From assembly GCA_964291265.2 (NCBI GenBank), contig OZ219747.1:2848001-2912000 (forward strand): DNA of 64,000 nucleotides. The letters run 5' to 3'. Below are positions 41,598 through 54,751 of the stretch, piece by piece. The DNA comes from Alphaproteobacteria bacterium. Lineage in GTDB: Bacteria > Pseudomonadota > Alphaproteobacteria > SP197. A model generated the notes under the pieces. The model saw nothing but the letters and a program-made list of their open reading frames with translations. It searched no databases and was not told the origin of the DNA. The first letter of the stretch is position 1, and each line of letters begins with the position of its first letter. Both the position numbers and the translations under genes were made by a program.

Positions 41598-42410
41598 ATG
41601 GTGGCCATGAGAAGACTCCTCCTGGCAGTTCTTGTCATTGCCTGGACTGGCCCGGCTGATGCTCAGGACGGGGCGGCCGAGCTGGCGCAGGCCCTGGAGA
41701 GCCTGCGTCGGGACATGGCTGACCTCCAGGCGTTCATCTACAATGCAGGCTCCCTCGGTGACGGCAGCCTCGCCGGCGCCTCCTTCGATGGCAGCAAGCT
41801 GCATGCAGACATGCAGCAGATTCAGGAATCCCTGCGGCAGCTTGCGGGGCGAATCGACGGTCTGGAGTTTGCCCAGCGCCAGATTCGCGAACAGCTTGCC
41901 GCACTCGAGGCCGACGTTGCGGCTCGGACCGCGACCGGGTCCCTCGCCTCGGAGGTGGAAGACGGAGAGCAGGCTGAACTGCCGCAGAACGGGAAGGTTG
42001 CCGAGGAGGGCGTGCTGCCGCCGGGAACGGAAGTGGAGAAGTACGATCACGCCTTCTCGCTTCTCCGCAAGGCCGATTACGAGGCGGCCGAGAAGGCCTT
42101 TTCGGCTTTCATTGCCGAGCATCCGGAAAGCGAACTGGTCGGAAACGCGTGGCACTGGATCGGTTCCATGCATTTCGTGCGTGATCGGTTTCACGAAGCG
42201 GCCGTGGCCTTTCTCAAGAGCTATCAGCACGCACCGCAGGGGCCGAAGGCTGCCGGCAGTTTGCTGAAACTCGGCACGTCTTTGGCACATCTCGGCAAGG
42301 GCGGGGAAGCCTGTGCGACATTCCGCGAATTCATGGAGCGGTTTCCCGATGCGGGTGAGACGCTGCTCGGCCAGGCGCGCGAGGAGGCCGCCGCTGCCGG
42401 ATGCAGCTGA
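41598..42410 (+). CDS. cpoB: Tol-Pal protein YbgF/CpoB
   Basis: Signal peptide, coiled coil, C-terminal TPRs (KAAGSLLKLG); follows pal. Confidence 0.9.
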   Translation: MVAMRRLLLAVLVIAWTGPADAQDGAAELAQALESLRRDMADLQAFIYNAGSLGDGSLAGASFDGSKLHADMQQIQESLRQLAGRIDGLEFAQRQIREQLAALEADVAARTATGSLASEVEDGEQAELPQNGKVAEEGVLPPGTEVEKYDHAFSLLRKADYEAAEKAFSAFIAEHPESELVGNAWHWIGSMHFVRDRFHEAAVAFLKSYQHAPQGPKAAGSLLKLGTSLAHLGKGGEACATFREFMERFPDAGETLLGQAREEAAAAGCS

Positions 42411-43672
42411 TTCCTTCCACGTCACCGCCCTCCGCCTCGACGTCGCCGGAGACCGCTCGCGAGCCACTGAGGACTGCGGAGTTTGCCGAAGCGATGGCGG
42501 CGCTGGCTCCCTTCGAATCCTGTCCCCGCCTGGCTGTGGCTCTCTCCGGCGGACCCGACAGCACGGCGCTTCTGCTGCTGCTCGACGAATGGGTGCGGGC
42601 CCGTGACGGTACGCTGGTGGCCTTCATCGTCGACCATGGTCTGAGGCACGGATCTGCCGTGGAGGCGCGGGCGGTGGCGCGGCGCTGGACGAGGCGAGGC
42701 ATCGCGTCAAGGGTGCTGACCTGGAGCGGACCGAAACCGGCACACGCCATCGAGGAGACGGCGCGTCACGCGCGCTATCGCCTCCTCGAGACAGCCTGTC
42801 GTCGTTGCGGCGTTCTCCACCTTCTCACCGCGCACCATCGTCAGGACCACCAGGAAACGGTTGCCTTGCGCCTCGAGGCCGGCAGCGGACTGATGGGTCT
42901 CGCCGGCATGTCACGCTGTGTCGAGCGGCCGGGCTTCAGAATCCTCAGACCGCTGCTCGGTTTTCATCCCGTACGCCTGAAGGCGACTCTCCGGGAGAGA
43001 GGCGAACACTGGCTTGACGACCCCATGAACAGGGACTCCAGATTCGCCCGTGTCCGCCTGCGCCAGCAGGGTGTTCCGGAGTGCATTCCCGGCCACTCCG
43101 AAAGACGAACGGAACTGGAACGGGAACTCGCCCGTCTTCTGCCCCGCATGGCCCACGTCGACGTCCGGGGTGTGGCGACGCTCGATCGCCCCGGCTGGCA
43201 GTGCCTGCCGAGGCACTTGTGCCACCTGGTTCTGGAACGTCTGGCGATGGTCGTGGGGGGACGCGCCTATCCTCCGGCCACCCGCAAGACGGACCGGCTG
43301 GCTCGGCTGCTTCACGCGGAGGCGCCGGTGGCAGCCACACTTGGCGGCTGCCGGTGGCGGGGTGGCAGGGAGGTGACGGTGCGGCGCGAGATGCGGAATC
43401 TGCCCGTCATCGAGGGGCATGGCGGGGAAGGAGAGGTTCTCTGGGACGGACGGTTCCGCGTGTCGGTGCCGGACGGCCCCTGGCGCATCCGCCCTGCCGG
43501 AGACTCCTTTCCGGTGGTCGAGCGGCTCTCGATCGAGCCCTGGTCTCCTGACTCCTTCTCCATCCGTTTCGCGCCGCTGCAGCCCCTCACCGGCCCGCTT
43601 TTCCGGAATGGTAGATCAGGCAATCAGCAAGGTGGCGCGGGCACTGGAAATTCGCTCGTTCAGTCACCATAA
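42401..43672 (+). CDS. tilS: tRNA(Ile)-lysidine synthetase
   Basis: ALSGGPDS, VDHGLR, ARHARY, TAHHRQD, LRPLL. Confidence 0.93.
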   Translation: MQLIPSTSPPSASTSPETAREPLRTAEFAEAMAALAPFESCPRLAVALSGGPDSTALLLLLDEWVRARDGTLVAFIVDHGLRHGSAVEARAVARRWTRRGIASRVLTWSGPKPAHAIEETARHARYRLLETACRRCGVLHLLTAHHRQDHQETVALRLEAGSGLMGLAGMSRCVERPGFRILRPLLGFHPVRLKATLRERGEHWLDDPMNRDSRFARVRLRQQGVPECIPGHSERRTELERELARLLPRMAHVDVRGVATLDRPGWQCLPRHLCHLVLERLAMVVGGRAYPPATRKTDRLARLLHAEAPVAATLGGCRWRGGREVTVRREMRNLPVIEGHGGEGEVLWDGRFRVSVPDGPWRIRPAGDSFPVVERLSIEPWSPDSFSIRFAPLQPLTGPLFRNGRSGNQQGGAGTGNSLVQSP

Positions 43673-43702
43673 TATCAGTCAGAACAGGGCATCGAGACGG
43701 TC

Positions 43703-45624
<1,922 letters not shown>

Positions 45625-45628
<4 letters not shown>

Positions 45629-46692
45629 CCTCACCGATCGTCAACACCGACCCCGACGGCCTTGCCGACGCCTTCACCCCTGACTGCAGGCCTTACATCA
45701 GGCCGGTGCAGGGCGCCGGGTCGATGGAGGTCATCGTGCGCAGGCCCGATGGACTCCTCGCTGCGAGGATCGATGTCTCCGGCGTGGAGGCGTGGGCCGA
45801 ACGCATCCCGGAACACGCGGCCCGGCGTCTTGCCACTCTCGTCGGCCGTCTTCGTTCACCTCCGTCGTCCTTTGCCGGGCTCGACCTGGCGGAGCCCCGG
45901 GTCATGGGCATCATCAACACGACACCCGACAGTTTCTCCGATGCCGGCAAGGCCCTCGATCCCCACGATGCCATGGCACAAGGTGAGGCCATGCTGGAGG
46001 AGGGTGCTGCCATTCTCGACGTCGGCGGGGAATCGACCCGCCCCGGGGCCGAACCGGTGGACTGCCATGTCGAGTCGGGGAGAGTCCTGCCGGTGATCAG
46101 TCACCTTGCAGGCACCGGGGCCCTGGTCTCCGTTGACAGCCGCAAGGCGGACGTGATGCGTGCGGCCATTGCCGCCGGGGCTGCCATTGTCAACGATGTC
46201 AGTGCGCTCACCCATGACCCTCGTTCCATGGATGTCGTGGCCGGGGCAGGCGTGCCGGTCATTCTCATGCACGCGCTTGGTGATCCGCGCACGATGCAGG
46301 ATGCGCCAGCCTATGATCATGTCAGTCTCGACATCCACGACTATCTCGAGAGCAGAATCGCCGCCTGTCTTGAAGCCGGTATCGCCCGCCGCGACATTGC
46401 CATTGATCCGGGGATCGGATTCGGCAAGACGCTCGCTCACAACATGACTCTTCTCGGCCACCTGGCGTTGTTTCACGCTCTCGGCTGTCCCATTCTTCTG
46501 GGCGCGTCACGCAAGGGATTCATCGGTCGGATCACGGGAGAGGAAAGACCCGAAAGGCGCCTTGGCGGCAGCATCGCGGCGGCGCTGGCCGGGGTGGCAG
46601 CCGGCGTACAGCTCCTCCGGGTTCATGATGTGGCTGACACGGTGCAGGCAGCAAGGATGTGGTCAGGCATTGCGGAGTCGGTATCGACATGA
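45625..46692 (+). CDS. folP: Dihydropteroate synthase
   Basis: [37 protein letters not shown]. Confidence 0.95.
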
Positions 46693-48038
46693 GGCAGTTG
46701 TTCGGGACCGACGGCATACGTGGCCGGGCCAATCGCGAACCCATGACCGTCGAGACGGCATCGCGGGCAGGCATGGCGGCCGGAGTCCACTTCCGCAGGG
46801 GCGATCACACGCATCGTGTCGTCATCGGCAAGGACACTCGACTTTCCTGCTACATGATCGAGTACGCCATGGCCTCGGGATTCGTGAGCGTCGGCGTGGA
46901 TGTCCTGCTCATCGGCCCGGTGCCGACGCCCGGTGTGGCGACTCTGACACGTTCAATGCGTGCCGATCTCGGGGTGATGATCTCGGCATCCCACAATTCC
47001 TTCGAGGACAACGGGATCAAGCTCTTCGGCCCCGATGGCTACAAGCTCTCCGACTCCGTGGAAGCGGCCATCGAGACGGGCATGGCCGGAGACCTGTCCG
47101 CAGCCAGGGTGGATGCCGGACAACTGGGACGTGTGCGGCGTCTCCAGGGCGCTCTCGGCCGCTATTCCGAGTTCTGCAAGAACATCTTTCCGAGAAAGCT
47201 GCGTCTGGACGGTCTGAAGGTTGTCGTCGATGCGGCCAACGGTGCGGGATACAGGGTGGTGCCCGAAGCACTCTGGGAACTCGGCGCCGATGTCATTCCC
47301 CTGGGTGTCGAACCGGACGGCACGAACATCAACCGGAACTGCGGTTCGACTGCGCCAGGAGCGATGCAGGAGGCGGTGAGGGAAAATGGCGCCGATCTCG
47401 GCATCGCCATTGACGGGGATGCGGACCGCGCTGTCTTCGCCGACGAGAACGGGACGCTCGTCGATGGAGACCAGGTCGTGGCATTGCTCGGCGGCTGGCT
47501 GAACCGGCACGGCAAACTCTCCGGTGACGCCGTCGTCGGTACCGTGATGTCGAATCTCGGCCTTGAACGCTTCTTTCAGGAACGCGGTCTTCAGTTCGAG
47601 CGCGCACCCGTGGGAGACCGCTACATCGTGGAGCGCATGCGTGACAGGGGTTGCAATTTTGGTGGCGAACCTTCCGGCCACATGGTCTTCGCCGATCACG
47701 CGACCACCGGCGACGGTCTCATTGCCGCCCTGCAGGTCCTTGCTGTCCTTGTCGGGAGCGGACGGCCCATGAGTGAGGTCGCAAACCAGTTCGAAGCGGT
47801 TCCGCAAGTAGCATGCAATGTTCGCCTCAATGGCAGAGCGTCTCTGGCAAGCGACTCGGTTCAGGCCGTACTGGCCTCGTCACGGGCCCGTCTCGCCGCT
47901 GACGGGCGTCTCGTGGTGCGCGAATCGGGAACCGAACCGCTGATCCGAATCATGGTGGAGCACCCCGACGGCGGTCTCGCTCAACGTCTCGCGAGCGAGC
48001 TCGAGAGCGCCATCCGCCTTGCAGCCGGCGACGCATGA
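46689..48038 (+). CDS. glmM: Phosphoglucosamine mutase
   Basis: [28 protein letters not shown]. Confidence 0.96.
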   Translation: MRQLFGTDGIRGRANREPMTVETASRAGMAAGVHFRRGDHTHRVVIGKDTRLSCYMIEYAMASGFVSVGVDVLLIGPVPTPGVATLTRSMRADLGVMISASHNSFEDNGIKLFGPDGYKLSDSVEAAIETGMAGDLSAARVDAGQLGRVRRLQGALGRYSEFCKNIFPRKLRLDGLKVVVDAANGAGYRVVPEALWELGADVIPLGVEPDGTNINRNCGSTAPGAMQEAVRENGADLGIAIDGDADRAVFADENGTLVDGDQVVALLGGWLNRHGKLSGDAVVGTVMSNLGLERFFQERGLQFERAPVGDRYIVERMRDRGCNFGGEPSGHMVFADHATTGDGLIAALQVLAVLVGSGRPMSEVANQFEAVPQVACNVRLNGRASLASDSVQAVLASSRARLAADGRLVVRESGTEPLIRIMVEHPDGGLAQRLASELESAIRLAAGDA

Positions 48039-48851
48039 ACAAGGCCGTGCGCTGTCCCTTCCATCAGGTCGATGCCTTTGCCGGCGAAGCGTTCAGGGGC
48101 AATCCTGCTGCGGTGATGATTCTGGAATCGTGGTTGCCCGACACGACGTTGCAGGCCATCGCGGCAGAGAACAACCTTTCCGAGACGGCTTTCCTCGTGC
48201 GGCAGGCGGACCGGGACTATGAATTGCGCTGGTTCACGCCGATTGTCGAAGTGCCTCTCAAGCGGTCATGCCACGCTTGCTTGCGCGTTCGTCATCATGA
48301 CGGAGGTCGACGCGACGGCGGACGAGGTGTGGTTCGTCACGGCGAGCGGCCGGCTCGGCGCGCGCCGCAGGGGCGACATGTTCGCCCTCGACTTCCCGGC
48401 AGAGACCCCGGTGGCATGTGAACCGCCAGGTGACGTCGTCGCGGCCGTCGGCACGCCACCGGCAGAGACCCTGTGCGGCAGCAATCATCTCTTCGTTTAC
48501 GCCAGTGAGGCAGAGGTTCGCGCTCTGGAACCGGACATGAGGGATCTCGGCGACGCACTCGGGGAAGGGGGCAGGGGCGTGATCGCCACGGCCCCCTGTT
48601 CAAGCGACGCCGGGGATGTCGTCTCCCGGTACTTCGCTCCTCGTCAAGGAATCCCGGAAGACCCTGTCACCGGTTCGGCCCACTGCATGATCGTCCCCTA
48701 CTGGGCTGCCCGCCTGGGCAAGGAGACCATCCATGCCCTTCAGGTGTCGCGCCGTGGTGGCGAACTCCATTGCCTATTGAGGCACGACAGGGTCGACATT
48801 GCCGGCCAGGTGGCGGTATTCATCAAGGGGGTTGCCTCGATACCGTCATGA
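48035..48851 (+). pseudogene. PhzF family epimerase, +1 frameshift at about 48260 in the LCGH motif
   Basis: QVDAF...GNPAAV...NNLSETAF...LRWFTP..EVPL, extra base, then SGHATLA...EDPVTGSAH. Confidence 0.85.
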
Positions 48852-49630
48852 CGGGAGATCTCGATCGGTTGCGCTCCATGCTCGTCGACGCCCGGCGCAT
48901 TGTCGTCTTCACGGGCGCGGGGATCTCGACCGAGTCGGGCATTCCTGACTTTCGCAGTCCCGGTGGCGCCTGGTCGCGCACCCCGCCGATCATGTTCGAC
49001 GACTTCATGACTTCCATCGAGGCACGGCGCGAGTCATGGCGCCGCCGGATCGAGATCGAGCGCGACATGGTCGATGCAAGACCCAATCCCGGTCACGCGG
49101 CCGTGGCTCTGCTCGTGGCCACGGGCAAGGTGAGCGCCGTCATCACGCAGAACATCGACGGGCTGCACCAGGCCTCGGGTGTTCCCGAGGAAAAGGTCAT
49201 CGAACTTCACGGCAACAGCACCTATGCCACCTGTCTTGCCTGTGACGAACGACATGCCCTGGATCCCATCCTCAGGGCCTTCCGTGCGGATGGCACGATT
49301 CCTCGGTGCCGCATCTGTGGCGGCATCGTCAAGACGGCGACCATCTCCTTCGGCCAGCCGATGCCCGTCGAAGCGATGGACAGGGCGCGTACCGCTGCGC
49401 TTTCCTGCGATCTTCTTCTTGCCATCGGTTCCTCGCTCGTGGTCTGGCCGGCGGCCTCCTTCCCGCTGCTCGCCAAGCGGAACGGTGCGACCCTCGTCAT
49501 ACTCAATCGCGAGGCTACCGACCACGACCAGAATGCCGACCTCGTCCTCCACCGCGAGATCGGCCCGACACTGTCGACAGTGGTGAGCTTCGCTCCCGGA
49601 CGGGGGCGCCCCCGTGTTCCGCCGGAGTGA
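48848..49630 (+). CDS. cobB: Sir2-family NAD-dependent deacylase
   Basis: TGAGISTESGIPDFR, TQNIDGLH, ELHG, CxxC...CxxC, GSSLVV. Confidence 0.93.
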   Translation: MTGDLDRLRSMLVDARRIVVFTGAGISTESGIPDFRSPGGAWSRTPPIMFDDFMTSIEARRESWRRRIEIERDMVDARPNPGHAAVALLVATGKVSAVITQNIDGLHQASGVPEEKVIELHGNSTYATCLACDERHALDPILRAFRADGTIPRCRICGGIVKTATISFGQPMPVEAMDRARTAALSCDLLLAIGSSLVVWPAASFPLLAKRNGATLVILNREATDHDQNADLVLHREIGPTLSTVVSFAPGRGRPRVPPE

Positions 49631-49699
49631 GCCTGGCTCCCGGAACGCGGCGTACCCGTCGGTGGACCGGTGTCTCCCGAGGATGGCACAATGCTCCGG

Positions 49700-50450
49700 G
49701 GATTGTGTCGGAGACCAGCGCCTCCGCGACGGCAAGCTCCACGTCCCGAAGACCGGGTCGCTGACGCTGCGGCACGGAGGAGGGAACCCTCGACCCCGAC
49801 GGAGAGCTTGGTCCGCGCCGTCATCGGGCGGATCAGCGGCATTCAGCATGTGATCCGTCTGCTGCCAGGACGGCCATCGAGAGCCATGAGGACGGCACCG
49901 TGACCCCGACATCGACATGAACGTGGGCCAGGTCGCCACCAGCGACGGCGTAATCCTTCATGCGCCGGACACGGACCGCCCTGAAGCGCGACAAATCCAG
50001 GCGGTGTGAACGCACCCGCCGCCGCCGTGCCCGGTCATGAAGCGGCGCAACCGGCGACACCGGGTCTCGCTGGAGCCGGCGGTGAGCGGAACTGTCGTCG
50101 TGGAAGACCTCGGCACACGAGGCATGATCAGGAGTGTGAAGGGCGCGGTCGAGCATTCGGGAGCGAACGTGAAGGCGAAGTCCGGGCTGAACCGTGACAT
50201 CCTCGCAGCCGGCTGGTGCCGCGTATACCAGCCAGACGTGTGCGGAACGGCGGAAGCTGTCGGCGCGTCCGTCGCAGACGACACTCACATGCCTGGCCCG
50301 TAGCCATGCGGCCCCGGATACGGCCGGCACCATCAGGCGTCGCGGAATGGCACACCTCAAGCCGAGAAGGAGCGTTGCCGCTGGAGGGCACTCCGATGAT
50401 CCGTGAAACGGATCGAAGGCTGGCGGCATGAACCCTGCAGTCAGCAATAC
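49700..50450 (+). mobile_element. tnpB: Degraded TnpB (IS200/IS605- or IS607-type) relic with structured 3' end
   Basis: Fragments RDGKLHVPKTGSLTLR, DIDMNVGQVATSDG (RuvC-I), VVVEDL...NVKAKSGLNRDILAAGW (RuvC-II), AYTSQTC; hairpin GATCCGT-GAA-ACGGATC at 50398-50414. Confidence 0.82.
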
Positions 50451-50564
50451 AGGCCCGAGGCTCCGCCTGCAAACGCCTGGCGGTCCGCACGGGACGCAAC
50501 CGGTTCATTGTGCCGGTGAACGAACCTGTGGCAGGTTCGGACTGTCAAGTCTGGAGGGGCCCTT

Positions 50565-51602
50565 GTGGAAGGCGAATACGCGCAGCCGGTTCAATCGACT
50601 CCGTTTGAGGATGGATACGCCATGCCGGGCCGCTTCGCACGGCATGCCCGCACGTTGCTGACATGGTCGCCGATCGAGGAAGAGGTCGGAACGGACGTTG
50701 ACGGATTTCGCGATGAGCTGGAAGCAACAGCCCGGGCCATCAGCCGCTTCGAGCCCGTCACGCTGGTCGTGGACCCGCGCGACGAGGACGACGCCCGCAG
50801 CCGCCTTGGCGGCGAGGTGGAGCTGCTCGTGGTGCCGGTCGACAACTGCTGGCTGAGGGACAACGGGCCGATCTTCGTTCGCAACAAGTCGGGCGATGTA
50901 GCGGGCGTCCACTTCGGATTCAACGGATGAGGCGGCCGTTATCCCTATGGCAAGACGCAGGAGATGCCGGGTCCGGTTGTCGAGCATCTCGGGTTGCGCT
51001 GTTATCGGACGCCCTTCATCTGCGAAGGCGGCGGCATCTCGGTGGACGGGGAGGGCACACTGATCACCACCGAGCAGGTCATGCGGAACGACAACCGCTA
51101 TCACGGGATGTCGAGAGACCACATCGAGGCCATGCTCCATGACCACCTGGGCATCACCCGCGTGATCTGGCTCGGACTCGGTCTGGTTGAGGACATCGAA
51201 ACGGACGGACACGTTGACAACGTGGTCGAATTCATCGAACCGGGGCGTGTTCTTGTCCAGGTCGTATCCGAACGTTCCAACCCGAACCATGCGCTCCTGC
51301 AGGAGAACCTGCGGCGCCTCGTCGACGCCACGGATGCGAAGGGACGGTCGCTCGACATCGTCGAGATGCCGGTGCTGCCCTACCGGCAGTACGCCTCGAA
51401 GCAGTATGTCATTCCCTACACGAATGCGTATGTCTGCAACGGCGCCATCATCGCGCCACAGGCCGATCCAAGGCACGATGACCAGGGATGGTCCATTCTC
51501 GAGAGCGCTTTTCCGGGCCGCGACATCGTGCCTGTCCCCAGTCTCTGGCAGGCCGTCGGTGGCGGCGGCATCGGCTGCGTCACCCAGCAGGTCCCGGCGT
51601 GA
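50565..51602 (+). pseudogene. aguA: Agmatine deiminase with in-frame TGA (50928-50930) at a conserved Trp
   Basis: WLRDNGP, FNG*GG (family FNxWG), EGGGISVDGEGT, TDGHVDN, GGGGIGCVTQQ, all in one frame. Confidence 0.88.
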
Positions 51603-51767
51603 GGACAAATCCCATGCAAGAACCGGCCGATGTGTGACGCCTGTGCCTGATGCTCCCCCACTGAAACCACGACAACAGGGAAGGAACACGATCCCGGAAA
51701 AGCGCGGCGAATCGCCGAAATCCCGCCGGTCCATGCAGAAACCGACAGCAGGGGTTAAGCAGTGACA

Positions 51768-53434
51768 GGGTGTGAGTCTAGTATGGCAGTTATGTTATGG
51801 TCTTAAGTTATGGACTTAGTTCCATTGTTTCATCTCATGCGGCCAGCGCCTGGGTGTGATGTAGGCTGATGTTGTTGTTGGCTGGTGCGTTGTCGCCCTC
51901 GATCATGGCGGTCCACGCGCTCTCGAAGCGGCCGGATTTGATGAGGGCGCGGAAGGTGAGAACGGCTTGTCCGCCGACGATGCGCCAGCGCATGCCGGAG
52001 CGCTTCATGCGCTGTGTGACGAGGGTCTTGTTGGCTGCCTCGACAAGTCCCGAGCCGATGGCGATCCCCTGTTGCTTCAGTGCGTGGTAGCGCATGCGGT
52101 GGCGATGCTTGCGGAAGAAGGCCAGTTCCCTGTCGATGTCGGCTCGGCCCGCCGGCTTGGCGGTGTCGCGAAGGTGGCGCAGCGCCCGGATCACCCTGTC
52201 GATGCCGCGGGGGTCGTGACGCAGGATCTCGCGGTACTTCTCGAACCAGTGGGGCGCCGCTGCATGATCGGCCACCACGCGCAGATGCTCGCAGGCATGC
52301 CAGAAGTCGATCACCTCGGTCTCGGGATCAAGACCAGAGAGGAAGGTCCAGTTGTCGGCGGCGGCGTCGGCGATGGCGCTGATCCTGATCTCGGGACGCT
52401 TGCGCCTGATATGCGCGACCTCGCTTGCCAGCTGCGCCTTCAGCGTGCACTTGCCGCGCTCGGGCATGCGGCCGAGATAGACGGTCTTCAGGCGCTCACC
52501 GTCGGCGTCGTGGAAGGAGACTGTGCCACAGGCCGCCTCGCGCCAGCAGGCCTCGCTACGGCCGTCCTCGCCGGCCCGCAGCGCCACCATGACGCCGTCG
52601 AGCGAGACCGAGGCGGTGACCGCGTCCTGCGGGATGTCCTCGGCTTCCCGGATGCCATCCAGGGCCTGCGGGCCGAGACGTTCCCAACGCTCCTGCATGG
52701 TCAGGCTCAAGCGCTGCAAGGTGCTCACAGACGGCGTCACGGCGCCGAGCTTGTCGAAGAACGCCTCCGCTTCCCGCGCCGTGCAGTGGACCATCATCAT
52801 CAGCCCAAGCTGAGCCGCCGGCCGTGTCAGGTAGTCGTCGACGAGGCCCAGGCTTTCGTCCACCGGCATCAGCGACCGGCAGTGCCCGCCGGTGCGATAG
52901 CGCGCACGCCGAAAGGTCACCGGGCCGAGCGAGGTCATGATCGTCTTCGGCGTCGGCGCCACACGGAACCAGTTCTGCCCGTCCCGTTCGATCCGGGGCG
53001 CACCGTCGTCCCGGGCCTCGGCACAGGCACCCAGGATCTCGCAACCAAGCGCGTGCACGCTCTCAAGCACCCGCCGCTCCGCTTCCTCGAAGGCCTCGGC
53101 AGAGCGCTCTGAACCAAGCTGTCGATGACACACCGCGGTCACTTGCGTGACCGCTTCGACAACCCGAGGCGGCAAGCCGGAAAGATCGATGGACGCGGAA
53201 GGCCGAAGCTGTGACACTGACATGGGAGCGCTCCTGATGTTGTGGTTTCAAGCCAGCATCATATCGCATCTTGCGGTGCGGAGCGTTCCCGCATCCACCG
53301 CCAAGCCCTGCTGTCGTGACAAAATCCGGTCCTGAAACGGGCAATTGTCACGAAACCCCGTTTTCGTCGTTCCATCGCGAACGCACAACCGTGATAAATC
53401 AATGACTTGGCTTCGCCATACGAGAACTACACCC
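51768..53434 (-). mobile_element. ISKra4/ISLre2-like (IS256 superfamily) insertion sequence, 1667 bp
   Basis: IRs GGGTGTGAGTCTAGTATGGC / GGGTGTAGTTCTCGTATGGC (16/20); 8-bp TSD CAGTGACA at 51760-51767 and 53435-53442. Confidence 0.9.
51835..53223 (-). CDS. ISKra4/ISLre2-like transposase (UPF0236)
   Basis: SLDGVMV, IADAAADNW, DFWHACEHL, IGSGLVEAANK, RMKRSGMRW. Confidence 0.9.
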   Translation of the reverse strand: MSVSQLRPSASIDLSGLPPRVVEAVTQVTAVCHRQLGSERSAEAFEEAERRVLESVHALGCEILGACAEARDDGAPRIERDGQNWFRVAPTPKTIMTSLGPVTFRRARYRTGGHCRSLMPVDESLGLVDDYLTRPAAQLGLMMMVHCTAREAEAFFDKLGAVTPSVSTLQRLSLTMQERWERLGPQALDGIREAEDIPQDAVTASVSLDGVMVALRAGEDGRSEACWREAACGTVSFHDADGERLKTVYLGRMPERGKCTLKAQLASEVAHIRRKRPEIRISAIADAAADNWTFLSGLDPETEVIDFWHACEHLRVVADHAAAPHWFEKYREILRHDPRGIDRVIRALRHLRDTAKPAGRADIDRELAFFRKHRHRMRYHALKQQGIAIGSGLVEAANKTLVTQRMKRSGMRWRIVGGQAVLTFRALIKSGRFESAWTAMIEGDNAPANNNISLHHTQALAA

Positions 53435-53442
53435 CAGTGACA

Positions 53443-53756
53443 ATTGTCGATAGGTTCAGGATGCGTTCGTCGTGAGTCGCTTCCAGGGGACCATTTCCTC
53501 CATGCTTCCGGTGAGCCGCTTGCGCTCTAAGCATCTGGTCCGCCTTGGTCGGGAATTCCTCCGGCCGAGAGCACGGGTCGTCCACCAGTGGCGTGAACAG
53601 ATCCGTCCGCTACGCTGACAACAGGGGCCGGCGCGTCCATCTCATCACGGATGCAGCGTCGAAGCATGTCCTTGGCGGATGGATTTCTTAAGCGGAAGCC
53701 CTGCCCATGGCTTCCAGCGGCAGGGATGCCTCAATGAGCTTCCTGCGGTGCTTCAT
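53443..53756 (-). pseudogene. DUF1156 (adenine DNA methylase-like) N-terminal relic
   Basis: MKHRRKLIEASLPLEA / KKSIRQGHASTLH / WTRRPL / LVDDPCSRPEEFPT with stops and frameshifts; ATG overlaps the parA stop (ATGA). Confidence 0.8.
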
Positions 53757-54751
53757 GCCGAAAGCCCGATTTTCGTCCGGATCAAGTCCGCCAGCTTCTT
53801 GAAATCACGATAGGCGTCGGAAACGGCCGCTGCATGGCCTCCGATCGCGCCGTCGGCCGTGTTAAGGCGGAAAACGGGTTTTCGAACCTCCTGCGCCATG
53901 GGAACCAGACTTCGATAGTGCCGGACGGTCGCAAGGCAGTTCTCGTCGTTGCTCGGCATGTCCGGAAAAGGCCCTGCGTCGCAACTCAACAGGTGCCGTC
54001 GGTAGGCCTCGGGCATGCGGTTGACCCACTTGTCGTAGGCCCGCACCGGCCGGCCAAGACGTACGCCATGCTGCTGAACGACGTATCCAATCGGTCTCAT
54101 TCCGCCGTGGGGCAGTTCGAAGCCGGGCCGGGCCCAGTTATCTCGGCGTTTCGACCATTCGCTCGTCCACCTCGTCAGCGTTGGACCCAGGTTCCTCAGG
54201 CCTCGGAGGGAGAACAGGTCTGCTCCCAGCGGCGCGATGACGTGATCGGTTGCGACCAGCGCCGAGCGGTTCAGAGCGCCAAGATTGGGGCCGACATCCA
54301 CGAGGATGATGGTCGCGTCGATGGCCTTGGCGCCGATCTGCATGACCTGCCAGAACGCAGTGAGGATGCGGAATGGGCGGTACAGATTGGATTCGCCGAG
54401 GGCGTTGGGCCATTCGCTTGAAAGGCTGTCCTCGAAACTGGAGAGCGCCAGGTCGCCGGAAATGAGTCCAAGTGTTTCGGTGATCTGCTTCACCTGCGGT
54501 TCCTGCAAGTCCCCCACCTCCGTCAACGGCTGGATGCACTGGTAGATTGTCTGACTCTTTGCGCCGTCCTCCCACAGTGACTCGAGCGCACGTTCGTCGA
54601 GGAAAGTTGCAGTCAGGTTGGCTTGCGGATCGAGGTCGCAGGCCAGTACGCGCTCGCCGATCTCCGACAGCATCCAGGCGAGGTGGTAGACAAGTGACGT
54701 CTTGCCGACGCCTCCCTTGTTGTTGAAAAAGGTCAGGACGGGCGTAGCCAT
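53753..54751 (-). CDS. ParA/Soj-family ATPase (not paired with parB)
   Basis: FFNNKGGVGKTS, DLDPQANLT, LVDVGPNLG. Confidence 0.9.
   Translation of the reverse strand: MATPVLTFFNNKGGVGKTSLVYHLAWMLSEIGERVLACDLDPQANLTATFLDERALESLWEDGAKSQTIYQCIQPLTEVGDLQEPQVKQITETLGLISGDLALSSFEDSLSSEWPNALGESNLYRPFRILTAFWQVMQIGAKAIDATIILVDVGPNLGALNRSALVATDHVIAPLGADLFSLRGLRNLGPTLTRWTSEWSKRRDNWARPGFELPHGGMRPIGYVVQQHGVRLGRPVRAYDKWVNRMPEAYRRHLLSCDAGPFPDMPSNDENCLATVRHYRSLVPMAQEVRKPVFRLNTADGAIGGHAAAVSDAYRDFKKLADLIRTKIGLSA

Noticed and set aside
50928-50930. TGA recoding (Trp code or selenocysteine)
   Set aside because: Many core genes here end in TGA, the position is a Trp not a Cys, and other lesions are TAA or frameshifts
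53753-54751. ParA as a plasmid or chromosome partition locus
   Set aside because: No parB, parS or rep nearby; the gene is embedded in a defence-type operon
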